NCBI GenBank assembly: GCA_022813865.1
Contig: JALDZX010000006.1
Coordinates: forward strand, 558,001-622,000
Reading direction: 5' to 3'
From: Xylographa opegraphella
Taxonomy: Eukaryota
DNA: 64,000 nt
In this document: positions 25,125 to 39,858 of the stretch, piece after piece
Position numbering within the stretch: position 1 is the stretch's first letter
Layout: the number at the start of each line of letters is the position of its first letter
Made by a program: the position numbers and the translations under genes
The notes under the pieces: generated by a model
What the model was told of the DNA's origin: nothing
What the model saw: only the letters and a program-made list of their open reading frames with translations
Databases searched by the model: none

Positions 25125-26379
25125 ATGGCAGTTTCGCCTTTGGTCATTCAGAATGGATCCGCAGATCCGAAGATTACGGCAGCCAAGGCCACGGCGCTGG
25201 CTGTCAGAACGAACAGCATCGCAACAAAAATGGTCGATACACAGTCGGAAAAGGATACGGGCCCAGAGCTAGCGGAACAGCTGAACGAAGATGAGAAGCA
25301 AAAATATGTCAAAGGTTGCTTCATCTGTCCATGACATATAGCCTCGTATTGACCAGCATATAGACAGAAAGGTGGGGGAAGGTACCTATGCTGTGGTGTT
25401 CTTAGGCCACTTGAAGGCCAACCCTAAGTCATTAGTGGCGATTAAGAAGATCAAAGTTATGACAGAGTACCAGGACGGACTATCTATAAGTGCAATTCGA
25501 GAAGTCAAGTTTCTACAGGAACTGTCACATCCAAATATTATTGCATTATACTCCGTCTTTTCCTCCAAAAATCAGAACCTCAACCTAGTCTTGGAGTATC
25601 TACCTCTTGGAGATCTAGAGATGCTCATCAAAGATACTGAAGGAGTTAGGTACGGTTCTGCGGACATCAAAGCCTGGATGGGAATGCTAGGGCGCGCAGT
25701 GTGGTTTTGCCACGAGAATTTTGTACTTCATCGAGACATCAAACCGAACAACCTGCTCATTGCCGCCGATGGCGAAGTGAAACTCGCAGATTTCGGTCTT
25801 GCCAGATCGTTCTCCGATCCTTACAGAGCCATGTCGCATCAGGTAATTACACGCTGGTATCGACCACCAGAATTATTGTACGGGACTAGGTTCTACTCTG
25901 GTGCCGTTGACGTGTGGGCAATGGGCCTTGTGTTTGCAGAACTAATCATTCGGGCTCCATTTCTGCCCGGTGACTCGGACATTCAGCAGTTGGACGTGAT
26001 CTGCAAGGCCATCGGCACCCCAACAGAGGAGAATTGGCCGGGAGTGACGAAATTACCAGACTACGTCAAATCCGACATTCAGCACCCTGTACAAGGTCGA
26101 GATTTCTATCTGGGCTTGTTTGGAACCGTCGGACCAGCGGGTGTTGATCTCATAATGTCGACGCTCGCATTGGACCCTCGGAAGCGCAGCACGGCTAAGC
26201 AATTCCTGAAACACAACTGGTGGGCAAATGATCCTCGACCGACAAGTAAGGAAGACTTGCCGAAGAAGGGAGGCGGCGCAAAGAAAATGGGTGATGATCT
26301 CAAGAGAAGAGGAGGAGAAGTTGAAGAACATCGAGGTGACAAGGTCGCCCGGAAATTGAATTTTGGTGCGAAAAGGTGA
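25125..26379 (+). CDS. KIN28: TFIIH/CAK kinase Kin28/CDK7; intron 25315-25363
   Basis: GEGTYAVV, DGLSISAIREVKFLQEL, HRDIKPNNLL, DFGLAR, HQVITRWYRPPELL, C-terminal VARKLNF. Confidence 0.93.
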
Positions 26380-28957
26380 CTGTCAGCCGGAAGTTCTCCC
26401 GAAGCATATGCTTTGGACAGGTTAAAGAGAGACGCGATGATCAGAACATGAAGCGTTGACGCGGTAATAATGGACCGTCACGATTGCCGCAGCAACCTAA
26501 AATCACAAATTCTGAATCAGCAAGGCTACAAACTGTACACGATCTGCAGATCCTTGGATGCATCTCTATTTCGTCTGTGGAGCCAAATACGTAAAAGTGC
26601 GTACATCCTAGCCACTATGTCTGAAACAGACAAGGAATACAGTGGGGTTGTGCGGCCACATAGAAGGCGGAAAGATAAGAGGCATTCCGCCTCCCGCCGG
26701 ACGTTGAAGTTATCGTGACTTCGGGAGCACTTGGCGGAAATACTAGTTGGGGCACAGGAAGCGGTCGAGTGAAGTCACTCGTTTGTTTGAATTGTTCTTG
26801 TTGGAGGCGTACACACCCTCACTTTACCCCGGACTGACAAGGTCGAGAGGGTGGGCAGATCTTGTCAACAGCAATGTCACACAGCCGTTTACCCTTTGCG
26901 AGTCTTCCCGAATGTCTGAAAGCATGTCCAGACTCCGGACTCCACCGGGGCTTGAACCTTCCTCCTGCGCTCACGGCAAGCCTTATTAGTATGTATGTAA
27001 TGATCACTATCACTATCACAGTCCGATCGTCCGACGGCGCACATTTGAAGCGTTAGGGGTTTTACATGCAAGACAGATTTGAAGAAGCTTTCTGGAGTAG
27101 TGGGCGCCACCACGGACGACCGAGAGAGTGCACCAACCTGGCAACCGTGGACGGCCGAGCTTGGCATGTCACGAAGCAGACGTGACACCCTCAAGCGTCC
27201 ACAGGTACCTTATTAACCGGCGTCGCACAGGACCGCCGGTGGACAAGAAGTCCAGGCGAGCAGTATCCTGCCATGCCCACATCGTTTCTGCGATGTCCAT
27301 TGACTGACAGAGAGAGAGAGCCTGGCGATCCTTTCGGATTAATTTCACTTGTGTCACGGATGGTGTTCTCCTCCGCGATCCCATTGGACGCTTGAACTAA
27401 ATCGAGCTGATATGTTCGCATTTGCTCCGCATTTCGGTGAGATGATTTTAGTGCTGGTCACCAGCAGCAAATTAAAATGAACAATGAACAATGAACAATC
27501 GATTATTTTCGGACTTCTCAGTTCTCCCAGCGCCGTTAATTGGTCTGGATGAGGCTGCGGATGTTGGCTACCTTTATGCACTTGGCTCCAAGGGGTTAAT
27601 GACGGGGGGGTGGCTAGGCGGTGATAGGAAGGGAGGCCCCTGGAGTGCCGCCCCTGGTCTGGTCAGTGCTCAAGCTCTAGGTAGAATTAGTGAGAGTCTA
27701 GAGGGAGAGGGCAAGGGAACAGGGATCAAATAGGGGCTCGGGATTTCTGGCAGTGCATGTACTAGATATCGTTTAGCGGGATCAGAGGGGACGCTCGACA
27801 GGGGCAAGAGGTGGATCCGACAGGGGCGAGATAGTGGGATGAGCCAGGCAATTCTATTCTGCCCCCCCCCCTCCGCTCCCCCAAAAGCTGCTGCGAGAAC
27901 TGGCGGGCGGTCTGCACTCTTGACGTCTGCGCGGGAGGCCAAATATTGCAACGTCTTTTTGCACCACGCCTAGGTTAGCGGACAGCAGATATATGTGTAC
28001 CACGCTCATTCATCTGTGAATCGGCCTCGATATCTGCGGTGAAACGTGGTGGAGGAACACTTGCTCCACGACCGCATTTGTCAGCTTCGGTCCTGGAGGC
28101 TTCGAGTTTGCTAATGCACCTAGCCCTGCACCTAAAGAGCAAACCGTATCGCTTCCGGGCCCAGCACTCTGGCTCTCCCACTCTCCATCCTCGTCTGCTC
28201 GCTGCGTCAAGTATTCAACACATGTAGTGACCAGGACTCCTCTACGCCGTAACCTGCCATCGCCGTCGTTGCCATCGTCCTTCCACTGCAACACGACCCC
28301 TCGTCGCGAACCCGCGTCACGCCAATCGCTCATTACATTCCATTGAGATCCCTACATCACCTACATGGGCAGCCTTGCAGCAGGCTACGCGGTCGTTCTT
28401 TACACCCTTCGACTCATCCGCACGATACCCCAGATCTCATAGGCCTCCCGAGGTCATCTGAGGTCGCCGGAGAACAGCCGGCAGCTCCCAGACCGATACT
28501 CACACTCACTCAGAGACCTACACGTTTCATCACACCTGCGCTTCGGTCGGCGATGCCATTCTCCAGATCTCTGTAGGCCATATACGACCAGCATACCGAA
28601 TTTATCTCTTGACTCAGTACATTACGAGGCAATTGAGTGCCCCAGCCATTGTCCAATAGAGTCGGACGGGGCAGACGTGCATAACCGAGCTGCAGCATCT
28701 CGCATCACTCTCTCTGCCAATATATTGGCCCTTCACCCGCCACACTCACGAGCTTTTTCGGAACAATCCCAGTTTGACAGGTCGGGTGGAGTACGAAGCC
28801 TTTGGAGCGTCTGTATCTGCGACAATTTTGTGCGGGCCTTTCGTGAAGAGATGGAATCATGAATCTCTCGAACTTCCATCTTGCCTCATCATCTCAGCCA
28901 GAAGCCTCAGTGGTTGCGATTTCGGCCGACGAAGGACAACCCTGTGTATCTTCGACC

Positions 28958-31900
28958 ATGGCGACAACTCTTCCGCGTCCATCGCAGCCGCCATTCGACC
29001 CTCCGACTTCTGCATTACCGGCCTTGCCACAGCCGAAGACCAGACGTAGCTCTACAAATCCCCAGGGCCGTCGAATCCCATCAGCCATCCAAACCCCCTC
29101 TAAATTGTCAATCCGCGCACCTTCGCGACCTGTAAGTCCTAGCGGTATTCCGAAACTACCTATCTTGTCGCCTTCGAGCAGCACCACTTCGTCCAGTACT
29201 GCCACTCTAGTTCCCTCCTTCAAGTCAGCTATTAGAACACCCTCAAGTGTTGGGACGGCAACTCCTGCTGGCCGTACCCAGCATGGCTTACGGGCGCCAT
29301 CAAGTTCAAGAACCGTCATCTCTGGAACGGGCCCGATACCTCTATATTCCAATTCTACGTCTCTTGTGCCCACGCTGAGATCCATGTCAGGCGCTGCCAA
29401 GGGCGACAATATCATTAGACGATCGATCAGTATATCGGCATTCCCACAGCCACCGACACCGAGTCCACGGATCGCGACTTTTGGCCGCCCATCGTTTGGG
29501 CTTCCATCTGCGTCCTCGCCTTCTGAGTCTAATCAGTGCGGATCTCCGGATTCGAGTAGTACTGGTGCCAGCTCTGCGCAAGTGCGCAGTCTAAGGCGAA
29601 AGAAACCAAAATCATCTAACGAATCGATGAGGAAAACATTCGCATACTCGAACAGCCCGACGTTGCTGAATGGGACCGGAGATGCAGTCTCAATATCAGC
29701 AGGTAGCGGAAAGCGAGGCTCCGACGGTTTCTTAAGCGTGACAACGCCAGGCCATAGTCGAACTTCTTCGGCCCAAGGGTCATACTCCACTTCAGCGACC
29801 ACGTTCGAGGATGTCGAGGAAGGCCCAGCAAGAGGTTGGGACGACACTCAGGATCTCGAAGCTGATAGTACCGGATTTTCTGAAAGTAGAGAAAACAAGG
29901 GTAACGTACTTGTCAGCGTTCGCGTTCGACCAGATGCAGGCGAAGGAAGAGATCAGAGAACAGATGGAGAGTGGTTGGTTGATGGTCGTAAATCGCTGGT
30001 AGCTTTCAGAGGTCGCGAAGGCGGAGATTATTACTATGGTCAGTCTTGATTGATGGATAGTACTCGAATAAGCTAATTTTCCTCATAGACAACGTCTTTG
30101 CAGCCCACGATGGTAACGAGAGGGTTTACGATGCAACCGCGAAGCGGTTAGTGCGGCAAGTCATGGAAGGTTACCACGGAACTGTTTTTGCGTATGGTAT
30201 GACAGGCACAGGCAAGACTTTTTCAATGAAAGGACTTACCACTTCACCCGGTATAATACCTCGAGCGATCACGGATATCTTTTCGTATATCCGCGAGACA
30301 CCCCATCGAGAGTACCTTCTAAGAGTGAGCTATCTGGAAATTTACAACGAGAAGATTCATGATCTATTGTCTGTGGTGGACACTTCTAATCCTCAAGAAG
30401 AAATCAAGCTTCGGGAAGACAAGAAGCGAGGAGTGTACGCTTCGCCGTTAAGAGAAGAGATTGTGCAGAGTCCGAATCAGCTTTTGCGCGTGATTGACCG
30501 TGGCGATAAAGCAAGAAGAACTGGAGAGACGCAATGGAATGCCCACAGCTCTCGAAGTCATGCTGTGGTGCAGATTGTGGTGGAAAGTAGAGAGCGTACC
30601 GTTGGCAGGACTTCTGGCAACGAAGATAAACGCGCTCCGCTTGTTGGTGGTGTTCGGGTTTCCACACTGAGTCTTATTGACTTGGCGGGATCTGAACGAG
30701 CGGCGGAGGATAAGTTGCGGCGGACAGAAGGAGCTCATATCAACAAAAGTTTGCTTACCCTCGGCAACATTATCTCTCGTCTCTCGGGAGGCAAGGATAA
30801 AGCTGGAAATCCAATCGACAAGGATGGGGTGCATTTACCATATCGCGACAGTAAGCTTACCCGACTGCTGCAGTCTGCCTTGTCCGGGTCCTCTCTCATC
30901 AGCATACTATGCACCATTCAGATAGGGTCGACGGGGAGTTCTGCCGCAGCAAACAATCACGCAGCCGAAACTCTTAACACGTTAAAGTTTGCTTCACGAG
31001 CGAAAAACAATATTGTAAGCCATGCAAAGAAAGTGGAAGAAGCCAATTCCCCAGACGCTGCGAGTGGTGCTCTTCTGGAGAGATATCGTATGGAGATTCA
31101 AGACTTGCGTGGCCAGCTCGAGAAGCAGACGAGAAAGCAAGCAGAAAAGGAGGAGAGGCTATTAGAAGAGAAAGAGAAACAAAGGCATGGAGAGACCTTA
31201 CTCGACATGCAGCTTGCAAGAACAGCGCTGAAGGAACGAATCGAGCACCTCAACCGCCTGATCATCTCTTCCCAATCTACAGGCGTTAATTCCGGTGGGA
31301 AGTTCTCTTCACTGAGCATTCATCCTCGCTTAGCAGCATATAACACAAGCGATCGTGGCTCTCGATCACTACGATCCTCGGCCAGCTTTTCGACTCTCCA
31401 TTCTACCCTCCGCCGATCAGGCTCAGGTGCTTCCACCGGCACCGAAGTCCCCGCTAACCACATCGAACCTCTGCAATCACCCTATGAGTTAGACGAGGAC
31501 GACACGATCGGCCCCTTCGCTGACGGTGAGGCTCCTCTCAGTACAGTAATTCAAAACCTACGCATGGACCTCACGGCTAAGAACCGCTATATATCGACTC
31601 TCGAACGTCGCGTTGATCAAGCCCGCCGCTCAAGTCACTCCCGCAGCTCTCTTGGTCCAGGCCCCACGGCCGCTCAGCACGAGCAGGCTCTACAAGAAAA
31701 GGATGCCACAATCCGTGAAAAGACTGCCGAAGTCGCAAAGCTGCGCGGTGTTCTCGAGGAACGCGACAGAGCACTTGCCACCCTACGCGCCGCTACCCAG
31801 CGTAGAGCCGCGGCTGAGGGCGTCGCTTCTCCTGCCGCTACCCCTACTGACACAACCCCCATCAGCACCGTCGCGCCCTTCGCCATTGGCCACAAAGCTC

Positions 31901-32256
31901 AGGACAGTAGCATCAGCAGCACTGCAACCTCGAACAGTGCTGCGCTTTCTCCCGTTGAGATCCTCTCCACGCCGAAACCTCTGTCGCCAGAGCGTATCCG
32001 AATCGGCTTCGGCTCTCCGGACCTGAGCCGCAACAAGCACCGCGAGAGCGTGGATGAGATGAGCCGCATGCTCGACCAGATGATCCAGTCCCGCGTCGAG
32101 CAGGGCGACCTCGTGCGCAGCCAGCGCGGCAGCGTCCACGCCAAGCATGAGCGCCGGAAGGAGAGTCTGGGCCAAGTCCCCACTGTCGGTGCGCTGGCCC
32201 GGGGTCTACGGCCCGAGAGCCAAATGGTGCCCAATCCCGAAACCCAAAGTCCGTGA
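28958..32256 (+). CDS. kipA: Kinesin-7 family motor (KipA/Kip2/Tea2-like); intron 30039-30088; start could be 28859
   Basis: Ser-rich N-terminus, NVLVSVRVRP, FAYGMTGTGKT P-loop, NAHSSRSH, LIDLAGSE, HLPYRDSKLTRLLQ, coiled coil with LARTALKERIEHLNRLI. Confidence 0.92.
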
Positions 32257-33063
32257 TAGTTTTACCTACGTTTCCCGCCCCCCCCCCTTCTCCGTGGTGC
32301 AGGGATATGAAAAAGTCTTGTTGTTTTAATGTAGTGCAAAGCACTACTGCGTATTGTTCTTTTGTCCGCCGATTGCTTCGATACCCCCTTACTTCGTTCG
32401 GCGCTGGGGAATCATGCGCTGTCGTCTTTGCCACGGTTTTTCTGAAGGCGGGAAAGGGGGGGGCGGCGGCTTTTTGAGCTTTTGTTGATTCTGCGTCGGT
32501 CGCGCGTTTGAGCGTGGGGCCCAGAGCGTGCTGCGAGTGAGCGTGTAATGAGTCGATGGGTACGTGCCAAGCGCCGAGAGCGGTGCTTGGATCCAGTGAG
32601 TGGGGTCGCGCCGTCCACGCGTGTGCTGAGTGGTGGGAGAGTCGATGAGCTGGTTATGCTAGCTTTGATTAATGGAGCTATATATTCTTTACAGAGAAAG
32701 GGTCTGCTCGTGCTGTGGTTGTGGGGTCGTGATCGTCATGATTTATATCCGGTTATGCTCGCTCGATGAGAGCGCTCCTTTAGGTTTACAGTAGAACAAT
32801 AGACATGTCCCCCGCCCCTCCTGCGATACCTTCCCTGGCTAAAGCTCTGGGGTCTCGATGCAGTGGTTTTTACTATATACGTAGATGGACTCGTTTCGCT
32901 CATTCCCCCCTCAAACGGCATTGCATACGTCTCACATGTAGCTCCTACGCCTCTCAACGACGCCTTTAGCAGATCATCATACAACACACAAGGTGACCAA
33001 TCTCAATCGTCCTCCGTTCAAACACCATCCCAAACGCGAAGCTCGTACGCCTCGCCCCATCAG

Positions 33064-34927
33064 TCAGCTCCCTTCGCCGACGTGCTCCACCCGTGCAATC
33101 GCCGATTGCTTCGCGTGCGTCGCACCAGCCTCCGCTCCCAGGATGGCCTTCCGGCGCGTGGCCTCGACGTCGAAAGCGGTCTTGGCGCTGCCGAAGACGA
33201 TTTCCATCTCCTCGAGGGAGCGGCCCGCGGTTTCGCGCAGGAACCACCACGCGTAGCCGATGATGGCGTAGTTGAAGATGCAGAACATTACAAAGGTCTT
33301 CCAGGCGCCGAGGTTGGCGATGGCGTGGGGGGTCTGCGCGTACCGGTTAGTGAGATGTTGTGGTTGGNNNNNCCAGGGAGGGGAGGGGCGCGACTCACAA
33401 TTTGGCTCATCATGAAGTTGAAGATCCACTGCGACGCCGCGCCGGACGCGACGCCGAGTTCGCGGATGCGGGAGGGGAATATTTCGCCGAGGTAGAGCCA
33501 GGCGCAGGGGCCCCAGGAGAGGTTGTATGAGATTGCTTCCAGGTAGACGATAGCGATGGCGGCGGCGCCGGAGCTGGTGATGGAGGTGGCGAGTGGGTTT
33601 GGGGGGAATTTGGCGACGATGATGGCGATGATGAGCATGCAGGTGCCCATTCCAGCAGCGCCACCCATGAAGGCCCACTTCCTGCCGATGCGCTCGACGA
33701 GGAACTCCTGAGTAAATTGGTCAGTATGTTCGGTTTCCACGGCTGGGGACTGTCTATGTAACCTGGAAGCAAAGCACAGAGATGACTTTGATGATCCCGA
33801 AAAAGCCGGTGATCAACAAATTCGATGTACCAGCGCCGACGGCAGCGAAAATCTGAGGGGCGTAGTAGGCCAGTGATGTATTACCGGTCAATTGCTGGCA
33901 TAACTGGAGAGTGACAGCGATGAATAATCGATACCGGTTTGATGGCAGATTGACTTCTTTCCAGGTAACACCCTCCGTGGCTCTGATCTCTTCTTCTATT
34001 CCCATGAGTATCTCGGCGAACTCTGCCTGGACTTCAGGTGTGTCTTCTCCGCGAACCCAAATGAGGCTGTTCAGGGCTTCTTCATTGCGTCCACGTTTTG
34101 CAAGCCAACGTGCGCTTTCCTTGATTAGTAGCATCCCCAATCCCACAAGTCCTCCTGGTACCATCTGCAAAGCTATAGGGATTTGCCATTGCCTCGTTGA
34201 CGGAGCTACACGAGCCTTTCACCAGAGGCGTCAGTTATGATGGGTTGCAGGTGCAGGGAATAGCTAACCTCTACTGCATAGTCAACCCTGATGAATGTCA
34301 ATCAGAGGATCTGCTTGCATCGAACTTGCACTTACCAATAGGAGACACAGACACCTCCAGCAAAGAACAGTTGAAAGCAGGAGCCAAGCCGGCCTCGAAT
34401 TTCTTTCGGACTCATCTCGGCAGCATAGATCGGTACGAGTACGGTCGCTGCCCCTACACCAAGACCACTGATGACTCTACCAACGTAGAAGAGCGATATG
34501 GAGTGACTATTCACAACTTGCATGATGGCTCCCACTTCGAAGACAATTGACGATACCACGAGGGACCATCGCCGTCCAAACCTGGCCGCGATTGGCCAGA
34601 TTAAAAAGCAGCCGAAGAAAGCACCGGCTTGAAGGACGCTCACAGCGTTAGAGTTGACGCTGGTTTGCTCGGCCTTGCCATATCGGAAATCGGCCTGGAA
34701 CGATTTGAGGGTCAAGATACCGCCGACTTAAGCGTTTATCAGCAGCGGGCTTTGGAAACTGCATTTCTCAAGAGGGCACCCAACTAATGCCAGTGTCGTA
34801 GCTAAACAGAAACGATCTTGTAACAAATTAGTTGGGTCGATGGAACAGCGTTGTCCTGGTGGGTATACCCCATGCAGCATATGCAGACAAGATATACAGC
34901 ACGAAAAGTCCCTATGGTGTGCCCCAT
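33064..34927 (-). CDS. MFS sugar porter (quinate-permease-like), multi-exon; assembly Ns at 33368-33372 lie in an intron
   Basis: FSYDTGI, RFGRR, AEMSPKEIRGRLG, KESARWL, QQLTGNTSLAYYAPQIF, ERIGRK, EIFPSRIR, ETAGRSLEEM. Confidence 0.93.
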
Positions 34928-35644
34928 CCTCACGAAGACAGTACAACAAAGCAAGCAGCGGTATTACCAGACAATGCGCTGAGGGAGAGAGGCGGAATGC
35001 TCGATTCGATAGTCATTGCACAGTCACACGAGTTGCGGGGAGAGCTTGCCATGTTGGGGTATGAAGGCGAAGATCGACGTGCATCACGAGCAGCTCTGTT
35101 AGTCGGTTCACTAATCATGCACAGCCAAGCATTCCATGTTCGATTCGCTGGGCAAGGTACGGAGTAGGTGGGCAGCAACATTTAATATTGTGACAGGAGG
35201 TCTCAGTGGTGGGGCTTCCCGTGACAGGAAGTCGATAGACCTGAGCCCCGTAGGAGTACGAAGTAGAGAGAAGAAACAGACAGGGCCAGAGAGATGCTTG
35301 CGGGCCGACAAGCTCCCGCCCCCAATGCGTTTGAAGCCGCCAAAAGGATCTTTACTACGTAGAAGCATACCTTTGGGTGGATACGTATCTCAACCAGACA
35401 CCGCCATCGAGGCTCTAAAACTAAGGTTACTTCACGACATCATTCGCCTTCTGACTCAGCTTCAATAAGGTAGTCATCTTAACTCGAAAATGACCCCAGG
35501 TCTGATCCGTCCGCTTCAAATGTCACGGAGATTATCTGGAATGCATCCGTGAAGCTCGACCGAGGTTGTCGCGATTCTTCGGTCCTGCCACCAAGCAGGC
35601 TGAATGTCACACCTGCCCACCAAAACGCTTGAGATCCTGCGCGA

Positions 35645-37969
35645 ATGTCTAAATCCTCGGAATTAGACTCGGAGCCTTTGGACCGCGCACCGACGCTCTC
35701 ATCACCAGTGCGCGTGGATGAGCCAGACCCTAGGCAAAGTTTGCAGCATGTGCTTGCTGCAGCTACCGACTCTACGACCAAGAGCAGTACTCGAGCAGCA
35801 CGGCTTGAACGAGAACGTTCTAGGCGCGATTCTTCGAGTAGCAAACCTACGGTCTGGATTCAGGAAGCAGTCAAGGACTATTTAGAGGATGAGAGCAGTG
35901 TCCGGAACGACTCCTACTCGAGGGCTGCTGATGTCAACCCGTCGCACACAATGACCGTTGCCCATACACGAAGAAATGCGAACGGTACGATCGGCTCTGT
36001 CTACTCGGGCAATAAGATACGACACTTGAAAAAGGAGGATGGCATACCCTTGTGGCGGAAAGACATCCAATATGCCTTTCTTCGTGCTGTTTTTGAAGAC
36101 ACCACTCCAGTCTTCACCAAATTTGCGGACAAGAAACGTGGACATACCTTTGCAGACATATACATTGATGCCATGGCACGAAGCAGCAAAACAAGCAAGA
36201 TATTGAAGGAGAAGCTGCTGGCAGAACGCGAGGCCGCTTTGAACATGGCAATGATTTGCCTCTTAGTGAACGTCGGGAGGATGAACACAACTCTTAATTG
36301 TACGTCGCGGAAGCAGCAGGTTACCAAAGGGTTATGCGCTAACCAACCCTTCAGTCTTTCCTGAAATGCGCGCCCAACTTCGTACTTATCATTCTATTCC
36401 ATGTTTGCAAGCCCACCAGGATCCAAACGCATACAAACAGCTCCAAGATGCACCTCGGCTCAAGTCTATCTTGAAAGGTGCTTGTGAGGATCCAGAGCAG
36501 CCCACCACGGTCGAGAAAATTGAAGCAGCTCCTATACCGCGAACAAATCCTGTGAACCTCATTTTTGTCCTGTCCCAATACGCTCCTAAAGTCTCGGAAA
36601 CCCACTTCTTCCAACCCCGGGACTTCTTTGATCTAGTCATACGAAGTACTCTCAGCAGCCGGAGCAGAGCCAAGGCGTTCCTTTGGCTGATTTGGTGGTA
36701 TCTCGAAAGTGACTTCTCCGCACATGACGCTGAGCACAACCCATTTGGGCCAGGGCTGCCGGGTGACGTTGCTGACAGTATGCCCGTCAAAGTACCTGCT
36801 TTTGATCATTTGACAGAGGAGCAAGCCAATGCTGAAAACATTGACACCTCGGAAGAAAAGGCGTATGGTGAAATGAAGAGACTGGAGCGGAAGAGAATCT
36901 TGGAAGAAGATGAAACAGTTGGACCACCAATGAAGAAAACTGCTCCCCGTAAGTGCCATAAGAGTCCCCCAGTTCCTACGCTCGTTTGTTTCATGGACGA
37001 GGAAGCACTTACTGAGTTTCGGAAGGTCACTCCGAGGCTATCGAGGAAAGAGCAGCCGCATCTCCTATCCAAGTAGATCGGACGCGCTCGCCTTCGCCTG
37101 CTGCTCCAGTATTATGGCTACCAAAGCCTACTGGTCGAAGTGGAGAGTCTCGAAAACTCACTGGATTCCGAACAGAGAACTCGGGTACAGGGACTCGTCA
37201 AGACTTTGAGAAGCAGCAACCAATGACTCGTCTGATACTCAAAACCGGGAAACAAGAGTCCTCCCCAATCCCACCTGGTGCTGGTCATCCTGTTATCCAA
37301 TCAAGCTCGACAAGCACAAGTCACCCGAGACGATCGCGGCCAGAAACGTCTCATCAGAAGGCTGTCAATCATAACCGCAAGATGCGAATTGAGAGTATCC
37401 TCCACAAAAAGCTGGTCAAATTGCACACTGACGTGAGGCGAAAGAAGCGGCGGCAGACCAGCACTTCCGTGTACACCGCGATGAGTCGGATCATCGATCT
37501 ACCGGATGATTATGATTCCGAAAGTGAAGGCGCATGGGGACCGGGTGGCCTGGTACCGAATCCGGGAGAGGAGAACGACTTTGCGGGAGAAGCATTGAGG
37601 CATAAGAAGGTCATTGATCGAGCTCAGAGACGGCTTGCACGTGCGGACAGGGGAGACCGACCACAACATGGCGGGCATGGCTCCCCAGGGCGGAAGAGGA
37701 GACCCGACATACGGTCCAAAGGCGGGCTACTCGCACTAGGGTTGTCTAGGGAGAATAGCAAGGGTGGAGAGGCTCGCGGCATACGGCACGCGGGCAGAAA
37801 CGAAGACCATAATGGAGAAGAAGAGACTTTGGACGATCTCGACCTTGACCTGATTGGAGAGGGCCGTGGGGAGGACCAGGGGGAGGACGAGTCTGCGGAC
37901 GATAGTGGGATGGATGAGACCGAGGACGGAGATGATAATACCGAGGATGGGACGATGGATGAAAGGTGA
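35645..37969 (+). CDS. IES1: INO80 complex subunit Ies1, about two introns
   Basis: KIRHLKKEDGIPLWRKDIQY, CLLVNVGRMNTTLN/FFPEMRAQLRTYHSIP, KQLQDAPRLKSILK, AFLWLIWWYLE. Confidence 0.9.
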
Positions 37970-38646
37970 TTCCTCTCATAATCCTCTGGGATACATCAAA
38001 CGGCCACAACTGCAGGATTTCAGGAATGGAACGGTGTACCACTGGGACGGTGTCTGGTCCGGCGTACAGCATAGCGAGGTCGCCGTGAACCACTGAAAGT
38101 CTCTGGCGGGTACCGGCTTGGAGAAGTCTGTTTGTTGCCATCGGCGTCACATCGGTTCAACATAGGTACCTCCTTTGGCGTCATCAGATGAAATGAAGCT
38201 TGTGAAACTATCCAACGTCATGTAAACTAGTCAATTGTACTACCACGACAAGTAAGAGCCTGTAGCCGTAAGAGGATCACAGTGATGAGCTGTCAACAAG
38301 TTCGCTGGGACGCCGACATCTGTGGGCTCTGTCCAGCCCTACCGCGCAAGCGCTGTGGATCACTTTCACATGGGCTTGGCTCGTCGCTTTTGGACTGTTC
38401 CCTTGAGGATCACATGCTCCGAAAAGCCCACCTCATGCTGGGCGGGCATTTGGCAGTCTTTAGCCTTATAGACGAATACTTGCAGTATACTTTACCCTCC
38501 ATTACTGGAAGAGCTCAATGTATAGTGGACAGGTCTTACTCTAGGCTGCCATTTGACTAGGTGGACCATTCTTCTCTCGTCCGCCGTCTCTGTTGAACAG
38601 GCATCCCACCCTACTCCACATCTTTTCTCTTGGAACCGCATTCATT

Positions 38647-39858
38647 ATGGGTGATAGCCTACCCCTCCTCCGCCCTTTACCGCAACGGGCCTTCCAAATC
38701 ACTCCCACCTCTACAGAACCGCCGTCGCCGCCAATGAAATCGACCGAGAATCATGACATATCATTCTTGGACGGCAAGTCATATGGCGGAGATGACATTA
38801 CTCCAAGCAGAACTCGCTCCATACTTAACCTGACATCTTCGACCCTATTTGGCATCTATTCGCCCCCAGAAAATGATGGGACTCGCTCAGGGTTCAACAC
38901 ACCATGGGGCACAGGAGCAATGACACCTGCAGGTCCGTATACTCCGAATCTTCAGCCAGCCGATGCGCAGAAACCGGCCATAGTCCGTGCACTCGAACGG
39001 GCCCAGTCAAGCAGTCCAGTCTCACATCATTCTGCTGGAGTTCTCGAGACTATCGTTTCGACCGCAGTGCGTATTGTGCTACTATTCGCATTTGGAGTGG
39101 CGTACGGTGTCATTGTGACACATCTACATGATAATCCACAGTTGGCGCCGGTGAAAGTTGGCGGCATCGAGCGGTACTCGTGGGCTTATTTGGTATTTTG
39201 GGGTGTGGCCGGAGTGGCATTGGGAAGCTTGCTACCGTGGGTCGATATTGTTTGGAAAGATGTGCTAGGGAATGGTCAAGAAGGCGAGAAGGACATACAC
39301 AAGCGGGGAGAGCCAGGGTCAAACGCGGCAGACGATCAACAAACTCAAGAGCCTGATGCCGGGTTTGGAAGCGGGCTAGGTGCTGATTGGCATCCAGTGG
39401 TGAGGAGTATTGGAGCCTTCATTGGCATAGCTTTTGCTATTGTAAGCGTTTTCCTTTTTCTGGTGTCGATGCGTCGCTAACAATGTAAATAGAGAAAGCT
39501 TCCCTGGCAATCGACATTACAGGTTTCAGTGACTTTGGCACTCGTCAACCCTGTGCTGTGGTATATCATCGACCGTTCACGACCCGGCTTTGTTCTGTCA
39601 GCAATTGTTGGTATCGCAGGCACTACTGTTTTAACAGCCATAAATCCTGAATTGGTTCCATCTCCAGCTATGCACTCGCCTCAAGCAGATGCTTCACATC
39701 CCGCTTACGGCAGCACAGAGATACCTTGGATTATCAGTCACGAAAGTATTGTCGTGTGGACCTGGGTTGCTAGTGTTCTATTCTGTAGCTGTGTGTGCTT
39801 TGGTAATATTGGGCGCAGACTGGCCTTGGCGTCACCTGGGTCAGGGAAAAGTGCTTAA
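38647..39858 (+). CDS. INSIG/Nsg-family ER membrane protein; intron approx. 39442-39491
   Basis: SRTRSILNLTSSTLFGIY, LFAFGVAYG, GSLLPWVD, VVRSIGAFIGIAFAIRKLPWQSTLQ, LVNPVLWYIIDRS, FGNIGRRL. Confidence 0.9.

Noticed and set aside
26377..26451. Readthrough of the KIN28 TGA-C stop
   Set aside because: Context is TGA CTG, not TGA CTA, and the extension carries no targeting signal
26470..28850. Short ORFs or ncRNA between KIN28 and the kinesin
   Set aside because: No motif, box pattern or convincing structure; likely promoter and long 5' UTR
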